DNA from: Octopus sinensis
Lineage: Eukaryota
Assembly (NCBI RefSeq): GCF_006345805.1
Contig: NC_043012.1
Coordinates: 930,001-994,000 of the forward strand
DNA length: 64,000 bases
Direction of reading: 5' to 3'
Made by a program: the position numbers and the translations under genes. The notes under the pieces were generated by a model. That model was not told the DNA's origin. It did no database searches and saw only the letters and a list, made by a program, of their open reading frames with translations. Positions 63,625-64,000 of this stretch are shown here, one piece after another (position 1 is the first letter of the stretch; every line of letters begins with the position of its first letter).

Positions 63625-64000
63625 GTATGTATGCATTATGTATGTATGTATGTATGCATGCATGCATGTATGTATGTATGTATGTATGTATGTATGTATG
63701 TATGTATGCATGTATGTATGCATGTATGTATGTGTATATGTATGTATGTATGTATGCATATATGTATGTATGTTTGTATGTATGTATGTATGTATGTATG
63801 TATGTATGTATGTATGTATGCATGTATGTATGTGTATATGTATGTATGTATGTATTTATGTATGTATGTATGTTTGTATGTATGTATGTATGTATGTATG
63901 TATGTATGCATGTATGTATGCATGTATGCATGTATGTATGTATGTATGTATGTATGCATGTATGTATGTATGCATATATGTATGTATGCATGTATGTATG
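63625..64000. repeat. (ATGT)n microsatellite
   Basis: Direct inspection. Confidence 0.95.

Overview
AT-rich eukaryotic DNA saturated with microsatellites ((TA)n, (CATA)n, (GATA)n, (AAT)n, (CAT)n, (CAC)n) and short transposon copies. The repeat families and composition suggest an octopus-like cephalopod intron or intergenic region (inference, not proven). No host protein-coding gene is supportable, and almost all ORFs in the track are microsatellite translations. Real coding remnants are all transposon-derived: a 5'-truncated CR1/L2-group LINE with a near-intact RT (48804-50470), two more CR1-type 3' ends, several RTE 3' ends, and internally deleted mariner and Tc1 elements. Also present: hAT, piggyBac and Tc1/mariner-type MITEs, at least four tRNA-derived SINE families with swapped modules, a 133-bp higher-order satellite, and a 160-bp satellite inside a hAT MITE. 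The most notable signals are RNA-structural. (i) A compact H-type pseudoknot plus hairpin unit is tandemly arrayed (1-5 copies) in the 3' UTR of an RTE LINE family, and several 5' truncation points fall on it. (ii) There are about eight Penelope-type hammerhead-ribozyme motifs, one with a canonical core and long stem II, and several with recurrent non-canonical cores (CCGAnGA, CUG[U/C]AGA). All structures were derived by eye and none is tested.
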